Below the pieces are notes generated by a model that made no database searches, was not told the DNA's origin, and saw nothing but the letters and a program-made list of their open reading frames with translations. DNA of 64,000 nt from an uncultured Acidobacteriota bacterium (GTDB lineage Bacteria; Acidobacteriota; Terriglobia; UBA7540): assembly GCA_963804995.1 (NCBI GenBank), contig CAWDSK010000003.1, forward strand, positions 1,568,001-1,632,000, written 5' to 3'. Numbering within the stretch: the first letter of the stretch is position 1; each line of letters opens with the position of its first letter. Of this stretch, positions 40,311 through 51,499 are shown piece by piece. A program made the translations under genes and the position numbers.

Positions 40311-43300
40311 GTGCATCGTTACAATCGAGCTTTAAGCTGGCTGTTCAGAAACCTCACGCGTCTCCTTTCGAGGCGAAGCGGCGCCGCAACTTTGGGTGAC
40401 CGAGCAGCCTACAGCTTTCTCTTCCTGACCCTCTGGCTCGCTTCCCTTCCCGGCCCCGTCCGTGCCCAGACTCCACCGTCACTGTGGGGGCGGCAGGTCA
40501 CGGATCTCGATCTCAAATGCGATGCCCATCTCAAGTTGCAGGATTTCCCCGGTGTAGTCACACAGCAGGTGGGCGAACCTCTCGACCCCCATAAGGTCTC
40601 CGAAAGCCTGAAGCGGTTGTATGCCACGGGACGATTCACGGAACTCCGCGCTGAGGGCAGCCCGGACGCACAAGGCGTGACGCTCACTTTCGTCGGCCGC
40701 GCGCAGTATTTCATTGGAGTCATAACCGCAGAAGGTAGCCCAGGACCGGTCGAGGCAACGGCACTTGTGACAGCCTCACGTCTGCACCTGGGGCAGCCGC
40801 TTTCAGAGGAAGAGCTGGATACCGCACAGAAACACCTGACCGATTTGCTCGTCAGCAACGGCTATTATCAATCCCACATCAGTCACGAAATCGAACCTGA
40901 TCCTGACAGCCAGGAAGCGAACCTGGTTTTCTCCGTGCAAGCCGGCCACCCAGCACGGGTGCAGAGCGTGGAATTCCGTGACCATGCGACCTTCCCCCCG
41001 GGACGCCTGATGAAAGTCTCCGGCTGGCATCCGGGCATACAACTAACGGCACAGCGTGTGGAGCGCGGTCTCTTCCACCTACATCAGTTCTACGTGGCGC
41101 GCGGGCACCTGCAAGTCAACATCAGCATCCAACAACGGGCCTACGATCCCAAGACCAACACGGAGAGCTTGATCGTAAAGGCCGACGGCGGACCGCAGAT
41201 CCGCGTGCGCGTCGAAGGTGCAAAGATTTCCTCCGGCAAGCTTCGAGACCTTCTGCCTGTGTATCGCGACGGGGTTATTGACGACCAAGCCCTGGCCCAC
41301 AGCGAGAAGCTGTTGGAGGATCACTTCCAGCAGCAAGGACATTTCTCCGCCACGGTTAAGGCCAGCCGGATTTCGCGCACGGAGCCCCAACCGCACATCG
41401 AACTTCTCTTCCACGTGAATCCCGGTCCGCGCGGCCAGTTCGCAGGGTACGGCGTGAAAGGAAATGTTGCGATCCCCAGCGCGGAGCTTACGGCAGTCAT
41501 TTCCCCACCCGCCCAAGGACTGCTTCCGCCTGCGCCCACCTTCAGCAATGACCTTGTGGAGCATAAGGACGCCGCCCTCCTGGCCCTTTACCGGTCCAAA
41601 GGGTTCCTCGATGCGCAGGTCACACCGGATATCAACGACCGCTTCGAAAACACCCCCGGTCACCGCTATGTCACCTTCGTAATTCAAGAGGGCGCACGCA
41701 CCAGGGTCCAAAACCTGACGCTCACGGGCATTGACGATTCCACGCAGAAGAAGCTTTGGCCCTCCCTTCTTTGTAAGCCCACCCAGCCCTACGCGCCAGA
41801 GCAGGCTCGCGCGGATCGCGACTTCATTCTGGATTACCTGGCGGACCACGGCTATGCACACGCGACCGCAACCTGGCAGGCCACGCCTCCCAATGCGGAC
41901 CACCAAGTCGACCTGGAGTTCCGCATTGACCCGGGACCACAGGAGCGCATTCAACGCGTCGTAATCCTGGGGAACGAACACACGCGCGAGGGAATCGTGC
42001 AACGCGAGCTGATGTTTCGCGGTGGCGAACCCTTGAGTCAGAGCGCGATGCTGGATACACAGCGACAGCTCTACGAGTTGGGCATCTTTAACCAAGTCCA
42101 GATCACACCCCAGGAAAGCCCGGACTCCGACACGGCGAAGACCCTGCTGGTGGGAGTTGAGGAAGCCCGCCGTTGGACCGTGGGATACGGTGGCGGACTG
42201 GAGGTGCAGCGCCTGGGCAGCAACACGCCCCAAGGTGAAATAAGGGCGAGCCCGCGACTCTCGCTCAACATCACGCGCCTGGACGTGGGCGGCCGCGACC
42301 AAACCTTGAGCCTGGGTGGACGCCTCTCCAACCTTGACACGGGAGGAAACGTGAGCTACCTGATCCCACGCCTCCTGAATCATAAGGACCTCAGCCTGCG
42401 TATCAACGGGTTGGTAGACCGCAGCCGCGACGTGTTGACGTTTACCGCCGACCGTAAAGAAGCCTCAGTGAGCGTTGAGAAGCGCTTCAGCCCCGCTTCT
42501 CTGCTCATCGCGCAGTACAGTTTCCGCCGCGTCGAAGCTCTCGACATTTCCAGCAAAATTTCCGCTCCGGAGATCCCCCTGCTCAGCCAGCCGGCGCGCG
42601 TTGGGATGTTGGGGGGGAGCTACCTCAACGACCATCGCGACGATCCCGTGGACGCGACCCGCGGCTCCTATTCACTCGTGAACGCCGGGGTTTCATGGCG
42701 GAGCTTTGGGTCGCAAGCGAACTTCCTGCGCTTCACAGGTCAGAATTCAACTTACTACTCCTTAGGCTCGCATCTGGTCTTTGCACGTGAGACGCAATTC
42801 GGCATGGTGTCGCCTTACGGAGGCTTGTACAGGATCACGGTCCCCGCCAGCGGCGACCAGCCTGCCCAGACCATATTTACGGATTCGATCCCCCTACCCG
42901 AGCGCTTATTCATGGGCGGAAGTGAGTCACACCGCGGCTTTTCCATCAACCAGGCCGGACCGCGCGATCCTGACACCGGGTACCCCATCGGGGGCAATGC
43001 ACTCTTTCGTAATTCGTTCGAGTTACGCCTGGCGTTTGCGCAACGACGTTTGGGGTTCGCATTCTTCGAAGACTCCGGCAACGTCTATTCCAGCATCCGC
43101 AGGATGCGGCTGTTCAAAGTCACCCAGAGCTCACCTGCGGATTTCGATTTCACTTCCCACGCCGTAGGGACAGGCCTGCGTTACAAGACTCCTGTGGGGC
43201 CTATCCGTTTCGATGTGGGCTACAATCTGAATCCGCCGCGGTACAACGTGATTACCAATCCGGGCCCCGGGCAGAGTGTGGAGGTACAACAATTATCGCA

Positions 43301-43337
43301 CGTCCAGTTTTTCATCAGCATCGGCCAAAGCTTCTGA
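40311..43337 (+). CDS. BamA/TamA-family outer-membrane assembly protein
   Basis: Multiple POTRA repeats, HRGF motif, GLRYKTPVGPIRFDVGY, terminal IGQSF. Confidence 0.92.
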   Translation: MHRYNRALSWLFRNLTRLLSRRSGAATLGDRAAYSFLFLTLWLASLPGPVRAQTPPSLWGRQVTDLDLKCDAHLKLQDFPGVVTQQVGEPLDPHKVSESLKRLYATGRFTELRAEGSPDAQGVTLTFVGRAQYFIGVITAEGSPGPVEATALVTASRLHLGQPLSEEELDTAQKHLTDLLVSNGYYQSHISHEIEPDPDSQEANLVFSVQAGHPARVQSVEFRDHATFPPGRLMKVSGWHPGIQLTAQRVERGLFHLHQFYVARGHLQVNISIQQRAYDPKTNTESLIVKADGGPQIRVRVEGAKISSGKLRDLLPVYRDGVIDDQALAHSEKLLEDHFQQQGHFSATVKASRISRTEPQPHIELLFHVNPGPRGQFAGYGVKGNVAIPSAELTAVISPPAQGLLPPAPTFSNDLVEHKDAALLALYRSKGFLDAQVTPDINDRFENTPGHRYVTFVIQEGARTRVQNLTLTGIDDSTQKKLWPSLLCKPTQPYAPEQARADRDFILDYLADHGYAHATATWQATPPNADHQVDLEFRIDPGPQERIQRVVILGNEHTREGIVQRELMFRGGEPLSQSAMLDTQRQLYELGIFNQVQITPQESPDSDTAKTLLVGVEEARRWTVGYGGGLEVQRLGSNTPQGEIRASPRLSLNITRLDVGGRDQTLSLGGRLSNLDTGGNVSYLIPRLLNHKDLSLRINGLVDRSRDVLTFTADRKEASVSVEKRFSPASLLIAQYSFRRVEALDISSKISAPEIPLLSQPARVGMLGGSYLNDHRDDPVDATRGSYSLVNAGVSWRSFGSQANFLRFTGQNSTYYSLGSHLVFARETQFGMVSPYGGLYRITVPASGDQPAQTIFTDSIPLPERLFMGGSESHRGFSINQAGPRDPDTGYPIGGNALFRNSFELRLAFAQRRLGFAFFEDSGNVYSSIRRMRLFKVTQSSPADFDFTSHAVGTGLRYKTPVGPIRFDVGYNLNPPRYNVITNPGPGQSVEVQQLSHVQFFISIGQSF

Positions 43338-43342
43338 TCCTA

Positions 43343-43987
43343 GTGGCAGTGGGATGTTACCTTGCGGCCTCGGCAGCGGTCAGCTCCGCCCAGGAGGTCC
43401 TGGACCGCGTCGTGGCGTCCGTGGGTAGCGTGGCCATAACCGCGCGCGAGGTGGAGCATGAATATCGCTTCGAGCGTTTCCTCGACGGCCAGTGGCCGCC
43501 CCCCGCGCCCGACGCCGTTACGCTCAACCATGTCCGCGAGCATCTCACGTATCAGATCCTCTTGAAACGTGAAGAGAATCCTGAAACAGACATTCAGGAA
43601 GAATCAGAGAAGAGTGCCGCCGAACGCCTCGCCCTGCTGCGGAAAGGTTTCACGCACCCCGAGGATTTCCAGGCGGCGCTCCATGATTTGGGCATGACTG
43701 AGCCTGAGGTGGCCCAGCGCATCGCACAGGAAGAGCAGACGTTGCGCCTGATCGATCAACGCCTGCGGCCCGCGGCCTCACCCAGTGACGATGAAGTAGC
43801 AGACTATTACCGCCGGACCTTTGTGCCGGAATTCCAAAAGAAGAACGGTGGGGCCGAGGCTCCTCCTCTCTCCGAAGTCGAAGATCAAATACGGGAAGTG
43901 TTGATTCAGAAACGCATCAACGAATTGCTCGATCAGTGGATCGAGGAGTTGAAACCCACGAGCCGCGTGAGATTTCACTCCTTCTAA
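43343..43987 (+). CDS. SurA N-terminal-domain-like chaperone
   Basis: EVLDRVVASVG..AIT; PLSEVEDQIREVL...WIEELK. Confidence 0.75.
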   Translation: MAVGCYLAASAAVSSAQEVLDRVVASVGSVAITAREVEHEYRFERFLDGQWPPPAPDAVTLNHVREHLTYQILLKREENPETDIQEESEKSAAERLALLRKGFTHPEDFQAALHDLGMTEPEVAQRIAQEEQTLRLIDQRLRPAASPSDDEVADYYRRTFVPEFQKKNGGAEAPPLSEVEDQIREVLIQKRINELLDQWIEELKPTSRVRFHSF

Positions 43988-44047
43988 AGAGGCAGGTAGC
44001 ATACGCGCTGGAAAATCCCCAAGACGCTGCGCCTCACAATCTTCCTT

Positions 44048-47000
44048 GTGGAAAGTGTGCTGGCCCTCGCCCTGACCGCCCTCATTATCTTGAGCACCGG
44101 ATGGTTTCAACGATCGCTGGAGCGCCGTGTCATCGCCGCTCTCGAAAGCCTCACGGGCGGGCGCGTGGAAATCGCCGGTTTCCATTTCCGGCCCTGGGTC
44201 TTTCAGGCCACGTTGCAGAATCTGGTGATCCATGGCTCCGAGGCCGCGGGCGAGCCGCCGCTTGTCTCCGCGCGCCAAGTGGTGGCTCACCTGAGCCCCA
44301 GGGCATTTCTGCGCCAGCACCTTCAACTGCGCGGCCTGGATGTCGACCAACTCCAGGTGCATCTTCGCACTGAACCCAACGGGTCTACGAACCTCCCCAG
44401 TCTGAGGCAGCAAACCTCTGCGGAAGAAGGCTTGGAGGATTTGATGGATCTTTCCATCCAACGCCTCACGGTCTCCCATTCTGCCTTCTTCTGGAACAAC
44501 CAGCGGCAGCCCTTCGAAGTGGACGCGCGCCAATTGGCCATTCTTCTCCGCATGACGCGCGGTCGTTACGCCGGCACGGTTTCCTCCTCCGACACCGCCA
44601 TTCGTTCGGCACGGTGGGCCCTGCCACCGGTTACGTTCAACACCCGATTTGAGCTCTCTCGCGATGGCCTGATCGTGCCGTCCTTCACCTGGCAGGCGGT
44701 GGGAACATCCGGCCAAGCCTCGTTGAAGACCACTCCACTGGCTGCCCCTGAAACCACCGTTTCCTTCCAAGGCTCGGCCGACTTTCCTTTGCTGGCCCGG
44801 ATTTTCGAAGTGCCAGAGCTCCGCGGGGGGGGATTGGAAATCGATGGGCAGGCAACTTACCGGCAGGGCCATCTCTCGGCAAAAGGGCACGCGCATGCTC
44901 ACCACGTTCAGGTGGTTTCGAGTTCGCTCACTTCCGGTAGCCTGGAAGCCAGTGCCGATTATGCACTTGCAGACCAGCAGTTCGACCTTACGAACCTGGC
45001 TGTCACCCTTTGGGGTGGAACGGCCAGTGGAACGCTTCATGCGAACCTTGCGCAATCGCCTGCCCTGTTTCAACTCAAAGCACAACTGCATCAACTGCGG
45101 CTGGAAGACGCGTTGCACTCCGCCGCCCTCGCACCTCTCCTTCAGGCTCAAGTGCATCCGGTCGCGACCACCGATGGCACTCTGAATGCCACTTGGTCCG
45201 GGCGGATGGAAGGGTTGAAAACCGCTTTCGACTTCGCATTCCAGGGGCGGGATGACGCGCCGCAAACCCTGCTCCCGTTGAGCGGCTATGCGCGCGGAAC
45301 ACTTGCAATGGAGCGCGGGTTGACTCTTCAACTTGCCGACTCGCACTTCGAAACACCCCATTCCACACTCACCGCGCAGGGGACCCTGGCGGAACTTCCC
45401 TTGCTGTCCGGCACCGCACCGCCCCTTACCTTCACCCTGACTACCACCGACTTCGAAGAGTGGCGCCCCCTCTTCCAGTCGTTGATTGCCGCCCCGGAGG
45501 CCATTCCGCTGGTGCTCAAGTCACCCGCAGAACTCACGGGGCAGATGAGGGGCTCCAAGGCCCAGCCCTCCCTCCAAGGCCGGCTGAAGATGGGCAAGTT
45601 CCAGTATCACGGCTGGACCTGGGATAGGCTTGAGGCCGCCGTGGCCCTCACTCCCAGCTTTGTCGAAATCTCCTCGGGGCGCGTTGAGCACCAAAAGAGC
45701 TCGCTCGACATCAACGGCTCCGCGCAACTTGATCACTGGCGCATAACGCCCAATTCCTCCCTGCGGTTCTCCGCACAGGCCGAGCGCACGCCCATCGAAA
45801 GCTTGAATGCTGCAATCAACTTGGACTTCCCTGTCCGCGGCTTTGTCACTGGCCGCCTCGAGGTCTCCGGCCTGATGAGCAACCTGGCCGGCTCCGGCAC
45901 TCTGCACGTCGCGGAGGGCGCCATCAACGACGAGCCATTCGATTCCCTCTCCGCCCAATTCCATGTCGCCCAGTCCACGTGGAAGCTGACCGGCGTTCAG
46001 TTGGCGAAGGGGCATGGGCGCTTGAGTGGCGACGTCACTCTGGGACCTGCCCACGGATTCGTCTCTGCTCAATTGCAGGGAACGGATTTTCGCCTGACCG
46101 AAATCAAGCATTTTCCCCCGGCCGCTTCCAACGCGCTCCCTAAAGACGCTCTCGACGGCCGCTTAAGCTTTGAGGGGCGCGGCCAGGGGACCCCGGACTC
46201 CTTCCACCTCCAGGGTAACTTTCACATTAGTAATCTGACCCTGGCAGGCAGCCCCCTCGGAGAAATGAACATTACTGTCAAAGGCGAGGAGCAGCAGTTG
46301 CATATCAACGCTGAACACCAGGGGCCTACTGGAGCCCTGCATGTGCAAGCGAATATCACTGCTGCCGGCGACTGGCCGATGACGGTTGAGGGCCAATACT
46401 CCGACCTGCGTGCCGACCCCTGGATTCGCGCCTTTTTCAGCCATGAGTTTGATGCCGCCGTCACCTTGGGCGGCTCCTTTCAGGCAGCCGGGCCACTGCG
46501 CTTGCCGGGAAAGATAAACCTCCATGCCCAGACGAGTAACCTGGCAGTCAACTTCCCCAGCCTCCAGTGGAAGAACGACCAGCCGATCGAGTTGCGCTAC
46601 TCCGCAGGCACGCTGGCTCTCAGCCGCTTCGTCATGCGCGGCCCGTCCACAGAACTTGAGATCGAAGGTGCCGTGAACTTCGGCGAGCGCATAACGCTGG
46701 CGCTCACCGCCCAAGGCAAAGTTGACGCCACCCTCCTCACCGCCCTCGATCCTAACTTGCAGGCTAATGGCCGATCCTCCCTGCGCCTGCGTTTGACCGG
46801 CACGCCCACCCGGCCGGCACTGAACGGAACCATGGAAATCCAGGATGTAAGCCTGGCCTTCGGCGGCCTGCCTTTCCGTATCAACAATCTACAAGGCACC
46901 GTGGAACTGGAGGGCGAGCGCGCCGTCATTCGCTCCCTGCGCGGGGCGAGCGGAGGTGGAACCATCAGCCTGAGCGGCGCTGTGACCCTCACTGGAACTC

Positions 47001-47977
47001 CCCGCCTCGAACTGCGCGCCGACCTCGATCAGGTTCGAGTCCCTTACCCACCCACCTTCACCTCCGTCCTGGGTGGGAATCTGCGCTTGGCAGGAAACTC
47101 CGAGCGTGGGGATATCCAAGGAGACCTGGTGGTCCGCCAGATGTTCTTGAACGCGAATGCTAATTGGCTGAGCAAAATCATCGAATCCAGCAATCCTTTT
47201 GAAGAGCCGCCTCCCGGTCTCACTTCGCCCCTGGCATCCAAGATTCGCTTGAATATCCGGGTTATCTCCACGCCCCCGGTGCAAATAGAAACACGTGATA
47301 TGCGCGCAGTCGGTGACGTTGATGTCCGAGTGCAAGGCACCCTGGCCGATCCCGTGCAGGTGGGCAGCATCCATCTGCTCAGCGGCGAAGCGGTCTTCAG
47401 GGGCAATCGCTACAAGCTCACCCGGGGCGACATGACCCTGACGAATCCCTTCCGGACCCAAGCCTATCTGGATCTGGAGGCGCAAACCCGCGTGCAGAGC
47501 TATCAGCTCACGCTGGACATCACCGGCCCCTTCGAACGGATGAAGTTCGCCTATCGCTCTGACCCACCCCTGCCGACCTCCGACATTCTTTCGCTGCTGG
47601 CCCTGGGTTACGTGCATCAGGAAGCCGCCTTCGGGGCAACGGGTGGAAACCCCACGGCCAGCGTGGGGGCCAGCGCCATCCTTTCCGAAGCTCTCTCCAG
47701 CCAAGCCACCAGCCGCATCCAGCGCCTGTTCGGTGTCAGCCGCATCAAGATCGATCCCAACGCGGGCATGCCCGGCTATGGCTCCGGTGCGCGCGTCACG
47801 GTTGAGGAGCAGGTCACCCACGATTTCACCATGACCTATGTCACCAACACCGCCAGCTCGCAATACCGGATCATTCAATTCGAATGGGCGATGAGTGATA
47901 ACGTCTCCGTGCTCGGCCTGCGCGACCAGAACGGCATCTTTGGAATCGAATTCCGCTTCCGCCACCGCTTTAAGTAA
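44048..47977 (+). CDS. tamB: TamB/AsmA-like translocation and assembly module protein (start uncertain)
   Basis: 1309 aa, beta-rich; C-terminal DUF490-like YRSDPPL..SDILSLLALG. Confidence 0.85.
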   Translation: MESVLALALTALIILSTGWFQRSLERRVIAALESLTGGRVEIAGFHFRPWVFQATLQNLVIHGSEAAGEPPLVSARQVVAHLSPRAFLRQHLQLRGLDVDQLQVHLRTEPNGSTNLPSLRQQTSAEEGLEDLMDLSIQRLTVSHSAFFWNNQRQPFEVDARQLAILLRMTRGRYAGTVSSSDTAIRSARWALPPVTFNTRFELSRDGLIVPSFTWQAVGTSGQASLKTTPLAAPETTVSFQGSADFPLLARIFEVPELRGGGLEIDGQATYRQGHLSAKGHAHAHHVQVVSSSLTSGSLEASADYALADQQFDLTNLAVTLWGGTASGTLHANLAQSPALFQLKAQLHQLRLEDALHSAALAPLLQAQVHPVATTDGTLNATWSGRMEGLKTAFDFAFQGRDDAPQTLLPLSGYARGTLAMERGLTLQLADSHFETPHSTLTAQGTLAELPLLSGTAPPLTFTLTTTDFEEWRPLFQSLIAAPEAIPLVLKSPAELTGQMRGSKAQPSLQGRLKMGKFQYHGWTWDRLEAAVALTPSFVEISSGRVEHQKSSLDINGSAQLDHWRITPNSSLRFSAQAERTPIESLNAAINLDFPVRGFVTGRLEVSGLMSNLAGSGTLHVAEGAINDEPFDSLSAQFHVAQSTWKLTGVQLAKGHGRLSGDVTLGPAHGFVSAQLQGTDFRLTEIKHFPPAASNALPKDALDGRLSFEGRGQGTPDSFHLQGNFHISNLTLAGSPLGEMNITVKGEEQQLHINAEHQGPTGALHVQANITAAGDWPMTVEGQYSDLRADPWIRAFFSHEFDAAVTLGGSFQAAGPLRLPGKINLHAQTSNLAVNFPSLQWKNDQPIELRYSAGTLALSRFVMRGPSTELEIEGAVNFGERITLALTAQGKVDATLLTALDPNLQANGRSSLRLRLTGTPTRPALNGTMEIQDVSLAFGGLPFRINNLQGTVELEGERAVIRSLRGASGGGTISLSGAVTLTGTPRLELRADLDQVRVPYPPTFTSVLGGNLRLAGNSERGDIQGDLVVRQMFLNANANWLSKIIESSNPFEEPPPGLTSPLASKIRLNIRVISTPPVQIETRDMRAVGDVDVRVQGTLADPVQVGSIHLLSGEAVFRGNRYKLTRGDMTLTNPFRTQAYLDLEAQTRVQSYQLTLDITGPFERMKFAYRSDPPLPTSDILSLLALGYVHQEAAFGATGGNPTASVGASAILSEALSSQATSRIQRLFGVSRIKIDPNAGMPGYGSGARVTVEEQVTHDFTMTYVTNTASSQYRIIQFEWAMSDNVSVLGLRDQNGIFGIEFRFRHRFK

Positions 47978-48166
47978 ACAGACAACCGTGAGCAGCCTTT
48001 GAGCATTGTTCGCACCATCTGACTCGTTGCGCATCACTTCGGTATCACGCATCACTTCGCTATCTAGGCGCGTCCTGCTCTCAATGCTATACTGGTCAGG
48101 TTGCCGCGAAGCTGGGAAGTAATCCGAGGCGTGCTGCCTGTGCACGCGCTTGCGGCGTGAACCCCC

Positions 48167-48256
48167 GGAGAGGTGTCCGAGTGGTTGAAGGAGCACGCTT
48201 GGAAAGCGTGTGGCCGAGCAATCGGCCCGTGGGTTCGAATCCCACCCTCTCCGCCA
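48167..48256 (+). tRNA. tRNA-Ser(GGA)
   Basis: GGAGAGG acceptor stem, CACGC-TT-GGA-AA-GCGTG anticodon arm, long variable arm, GGTTCGAATCC, encoded CCA. Confidence 0.97.
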
Positions 48257-48502
48257 TCCTATCTTTAAGAGTTTCAATTAGTTAGGAACACTCTCTTTTT
48301 CGTGTACCTGTAGTGTCCCCTTTGTTTCGGGAAAGTAGTCGCCGGAGGCACCGAACGCTAAGAACCGTACTGGCAATTGCAATGAGAAGAGTTTAAGGGT
48401 ATGGTGTCTGGTGCCCGTAAGGCCGAAACGGAATTCCTGGTTTTGCAACCTTCAAAACAGACCTGTATCCATTACTGCTGCGACAAAAGAAAGGGGGGGA
48501 CC

Positions 48503-49969
48503 ATGCCATTGGAAATCAAGAAAGGGTCAGAATTACAAGAGAGGTACGTCATCTCGGACCTCCTTGGCTCTGGTGGTTTTGGTATCGTTTGGCGAGCGAC
48601 GGACAAGCAGGCAGGGCGAGATGTTGCCCTCAAAAGGATGCTTAAGATCGGCGGAGATGAATTAACAAGGATACTCCAGGAAGCAACCAATGCTTCAAAA
48701 TTGAAAGGACCAAATGTTGTTGAGGTCTTTGAAACGTTCGTTTTGGATGGTGAGGGATTTCTCGTAATGGAGTACGTTGACGGTCCTAGCCTCCATCAAA
48801 TCCTCACGGAGCACGTTAAGGGCCGCACTTGGCTGGATACAGACGATGCCTTGGACTACTTCAGACAGATGCTACAAGGTCTTCTTCTTGCCCATTCTAG
48901 TGGAATCTTCCACAGAGACATAAAGCCCTCGAACATACTTGTCTCTAGATTAGGAGTTGTCAAACTCGTGGACTTCGGACTGGCGCGGCCAATGTTCAAC
49001 ACTCCTCGCGAATACGAGGATCGCGTGCTCGGATTTGCGGGAACAGGGACGCCTACATTCATGTCGCCGGAACAAGCGCGAGGAGAAAAACTAGATCACC
49101 AGACCGATATCTTCTCAGCCGGCATAGTTGGATACATAATGCTCACCGGGCGCCATCCATTCAACCATCCCTCTGCGGTAGCGAATGTCATAGATTTAAT
49201 TAAGGAACAGAGTTTCAACTGCGAAGATATCTTGCCAGGCACAATCAAAGGTGTACCTGACGGACTGTGCCGAGTGCTAGGGAGAATGCTCCGTAAAGAC
49301 AGGACTACGAGGTGTCAGTCCTTGTTGGAACCGCTGGGTGAGTTGACCAAAGAGCTTGCACAGTCTTGCCCCCGATGTGGTTCGGCCAACGCGATGTCGA
49401 ACAGCTTCTGCGGCCAATGTGGGAACGAACTGAGGCCCCCCACGCCTCCTTTAATTCCGACTCCCGTCAGCCCGAAGGGACCGCCCTCCACCCAAAGCGC
49501 TGCCGAACTTACCGACGAGGGGTTTGCTCTGACCCAAGCGGACAATTGGGCCGAAGCAATTCTTAAGTACGAGCAGGCAATCAAAGTTGATGCAGGGTAT
49601 GGGAGGGTATACTCCAACCTAGGTTTCGCATACAATCGACTGGGGGATTACGCAAAAGCAATTGACGAGCTTACACAAGGTATTGCCCGAACTGAGGACG
49701 CTGTTCTGCTTCATCGCATGTATGATACTCGCGGGTTTTCCAAATCGAATTTAAAGGACTACGAGGGAGCCCTTCAGGATTTCAACGAGGCGCTAGCGCT
49801 CAACCCGAATAACCCACGAGTTCATTACCATATTGCTGAGTCATATGCGCTAATGGGATCCCTCGACAAGGCATATGAAGCAGTCCTCCGGGCGCTCCAG
49901 ATGGATCCCGGGTACCCTCGTGCTGTTCGCCTTCGACAGCGATTAGAGGCCCTTCGCAAGCCATTCTGA
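48503..49969 (+). CDS. Hanks-type Ser/Thr kinase with zinc ribbon and TPR repeats
   Basis: GSGGFG, VALK, HRDIKPSN, DFG, SPE; CPRC...CGQC; YSNLGFAY-type TPRs; no TM segment. Confidence 0.92.
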   Translation: MPLEIKKGSELQERYVISDLLGSGGFGIVWRATDKQAGRDVALKRMLKIGGDELTRILQEATNASKLKGPNVVEVFETFVLDGEGFLVMEYVDGPSLHQILTEHVKGRTWLDTDDALDYFRQMLQGLLLAHSSGIFHRDIKPSNILVSRLGVVKLVDFGLARPMFNTPREYEDRVLGFAGTGTPTFMSPEQARGEKLDHQTDIFSAGIVGYIMLTGRHPFNHPSAVANVIDLIKEQSFNCEDILPGTIKGVPDGLCRVLGRMLRKDRTTRCQSLLEPLGELTKELAQSCPRCGSANAMSNSFCGQCGNELRPPTPPLIPTPVSPKGPPSTQSAAELTDEGFALTQADNWAEAILKYEQAIKVDAGYGRVYSNLGFAYNRLGDYAKAIDELTQGIARTEDAVLLHRMYDTRGFSKSNLKDYEGALQDFNEALALNPNNPRVHYHIAESYALMGSLDKAYEAVLRALQMDPGYPRAVRLRQRLEALRKPF

Positions 49970-50051
49970 CACACGCGGCGGCATGATGGTGCGATCTGGC
50001 CAGATTGACCGGCGCCTCCAGCAATTGCGTCTGAATCGACGTGTCAAGTTG

Positions 50052-50390
50052 TCAGGTTACGCGGGGTTTTCCCATCAATCCTGTCGGTTTCATCAACTCA
50101 CACTCCCGCTCCCATGTGCGTCTAACGTCGGCCTCTAACTGCTCCTGGCGGGCGCGCACCCACGGCGAATAATGCTTCTCAGTCACCTTGATACTCCTGT
50201 GACCGAGTGCCATTTGGACCCGCTCCATGGGCACCCCCGCCTTGAGTAGATCGACCGCGAAGGTGTCGCGGAAGCGGTGGGCGTGTCCATCAGGAATCCC
50301 TGCTTCCTTGAACACACCCTTAAGCGCCCGTTGCCAATCTCCGGTCGCGCTCCCAAGCTTTGATTCGCCGCCCCAGAAGCAAGCGTAGCC
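50052..50390 (-). pseudogene. Tyrosine recombinase/integrase C-terminal remnant
   Basis: HAHRFRDTFA...LGHRSIKVTEKHY catalytic motifs; N-terminus missing, ends at a GTAG REP (50385). Confidence 0.85.
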
Positions 50391-50511
50391 CGGACCTGTC
50401 GTTTAGGTCCGCGGCTTCTTGTAAACAAGTGGGACTGTCCCACTTGTTGCTCTCCGAGAGCCTCCGCGACCCTTGTCCCACCAACTTCCCCATCCTTTGC
50501 CCTCTGATTTT

Positions 50512-51477
50512 TCATTTGCGGCCCGCCGCTTCCCCGGGATTTACCGTTGCTGACTTCACGGCCTGCTCAGTCACCCAGGCTGTCCAGAGGGCGGTCGCGC
50601 CGCTCGATAGCAAGGACGATCCATCCAGTACCGCCGCCACAAAATTCTGCACGCAGGGAAAATGCAAATTGGCATGCGGGGCCAGATTCTCCTGTCCCCC
50701 GGGGTAGGCAAGATGCGGACTGTTGAGTGGGGTCAGATCCATTTCACCTTCCGTCCCGATGATGTGGAACTCATCGCGATGCTGCCGGGTGTTCCAGCGC
50801 ACGTCCACGATGCCACGCACCTTGCTGTCATACTCGATGAGCACCGTCGCGCAGTCCTCGACCGCCGCAGGGTGTACAGCGTTCGCGAGGTGCGCCGTGA
50901 CGCGCTGGGGCTCGCCGAAAAGGTAATTCAACACATCAATGCGGTGTGAGCCAACGTCGTAAAGCGGACCACCGCCAGCGAGAGCCGCGTCCAGCCGCCA
51001 CGGGGCATAGTCCTCATCCCCCGGCCATCCATCGTGACACGTGATGTAGGCGAGCAGTGGCTGCCCGATCGCCCCCTGCCGCAGGAGCTCCTGCGCGCGC
51101 CGCAATTTGGGATAGGTGCGGCGGTAGAAAGCAACTCCCAATGTCCTGCCCGCTGCCCCCGCGGCCGCGACCATCGATTGCGCCTCGGCGTAGTTCATAG
51201 CCATGGGCTTTTCGCAGAGGACGTGCTTCCCCGCCCCGAGTGATGCGAGCGTCTGCGGCGCGTGCAGAGATACCGGTGACGCCACATAGACCGCGTCCAC
51301 GCCATCCGCTTTGAGCGCCTCCCCCAAATCGGTAAAAGCCTCTACTCCAAAGCGTGCCGCCTTGGCGGGATCGCGCGTAACGATTCCCCGCAATTCGCTG
51401 CGCTGCTCAGCCAGAATTGCGGGAATCACGCGCTTCGTCGTGATGTCGCCGATGCCAATCACCAGCCACTTCAACAT
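50512..51477 (-). CDS. Gfo/Idh/MocA-family oxidoreductase
   Basis: GIGDI, HVLCEKPMA, GGGPLYDVGSHRID. Confidence 0.92.
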   Translation of the reverse strand: MLKWLVIGIGDITTKRVIPAILAEQRSELRGIVTRDPAKAARFGVEAFTDLGEALKADGVDAVYVASPVSLHAPQTLASLGAGKHVLCEKPMAMNYAEAQSMVAAAGAAGRTLGVAFYRRTYPKLRRAQELLRQGAIGQPLLAYITCHDGWPGDEDYAPWRLDAALAGGGPLYDVGSHRIDVLNYLFGEPQRVTAHLANAVHPAAVEDCATVLIEYDSKVRGIVDVRWNTRQHRDEFHIIGTEGEMDLTPLNSPHLAYPGGQENLAPHANLHFPCVQNFVAAVLDGSSLLSSGATALWTAWVTEQAVKSATVNPGEAAGRK

Positions 51478-51499
51478 GCAATCCTCCTGATCTCCGGCC

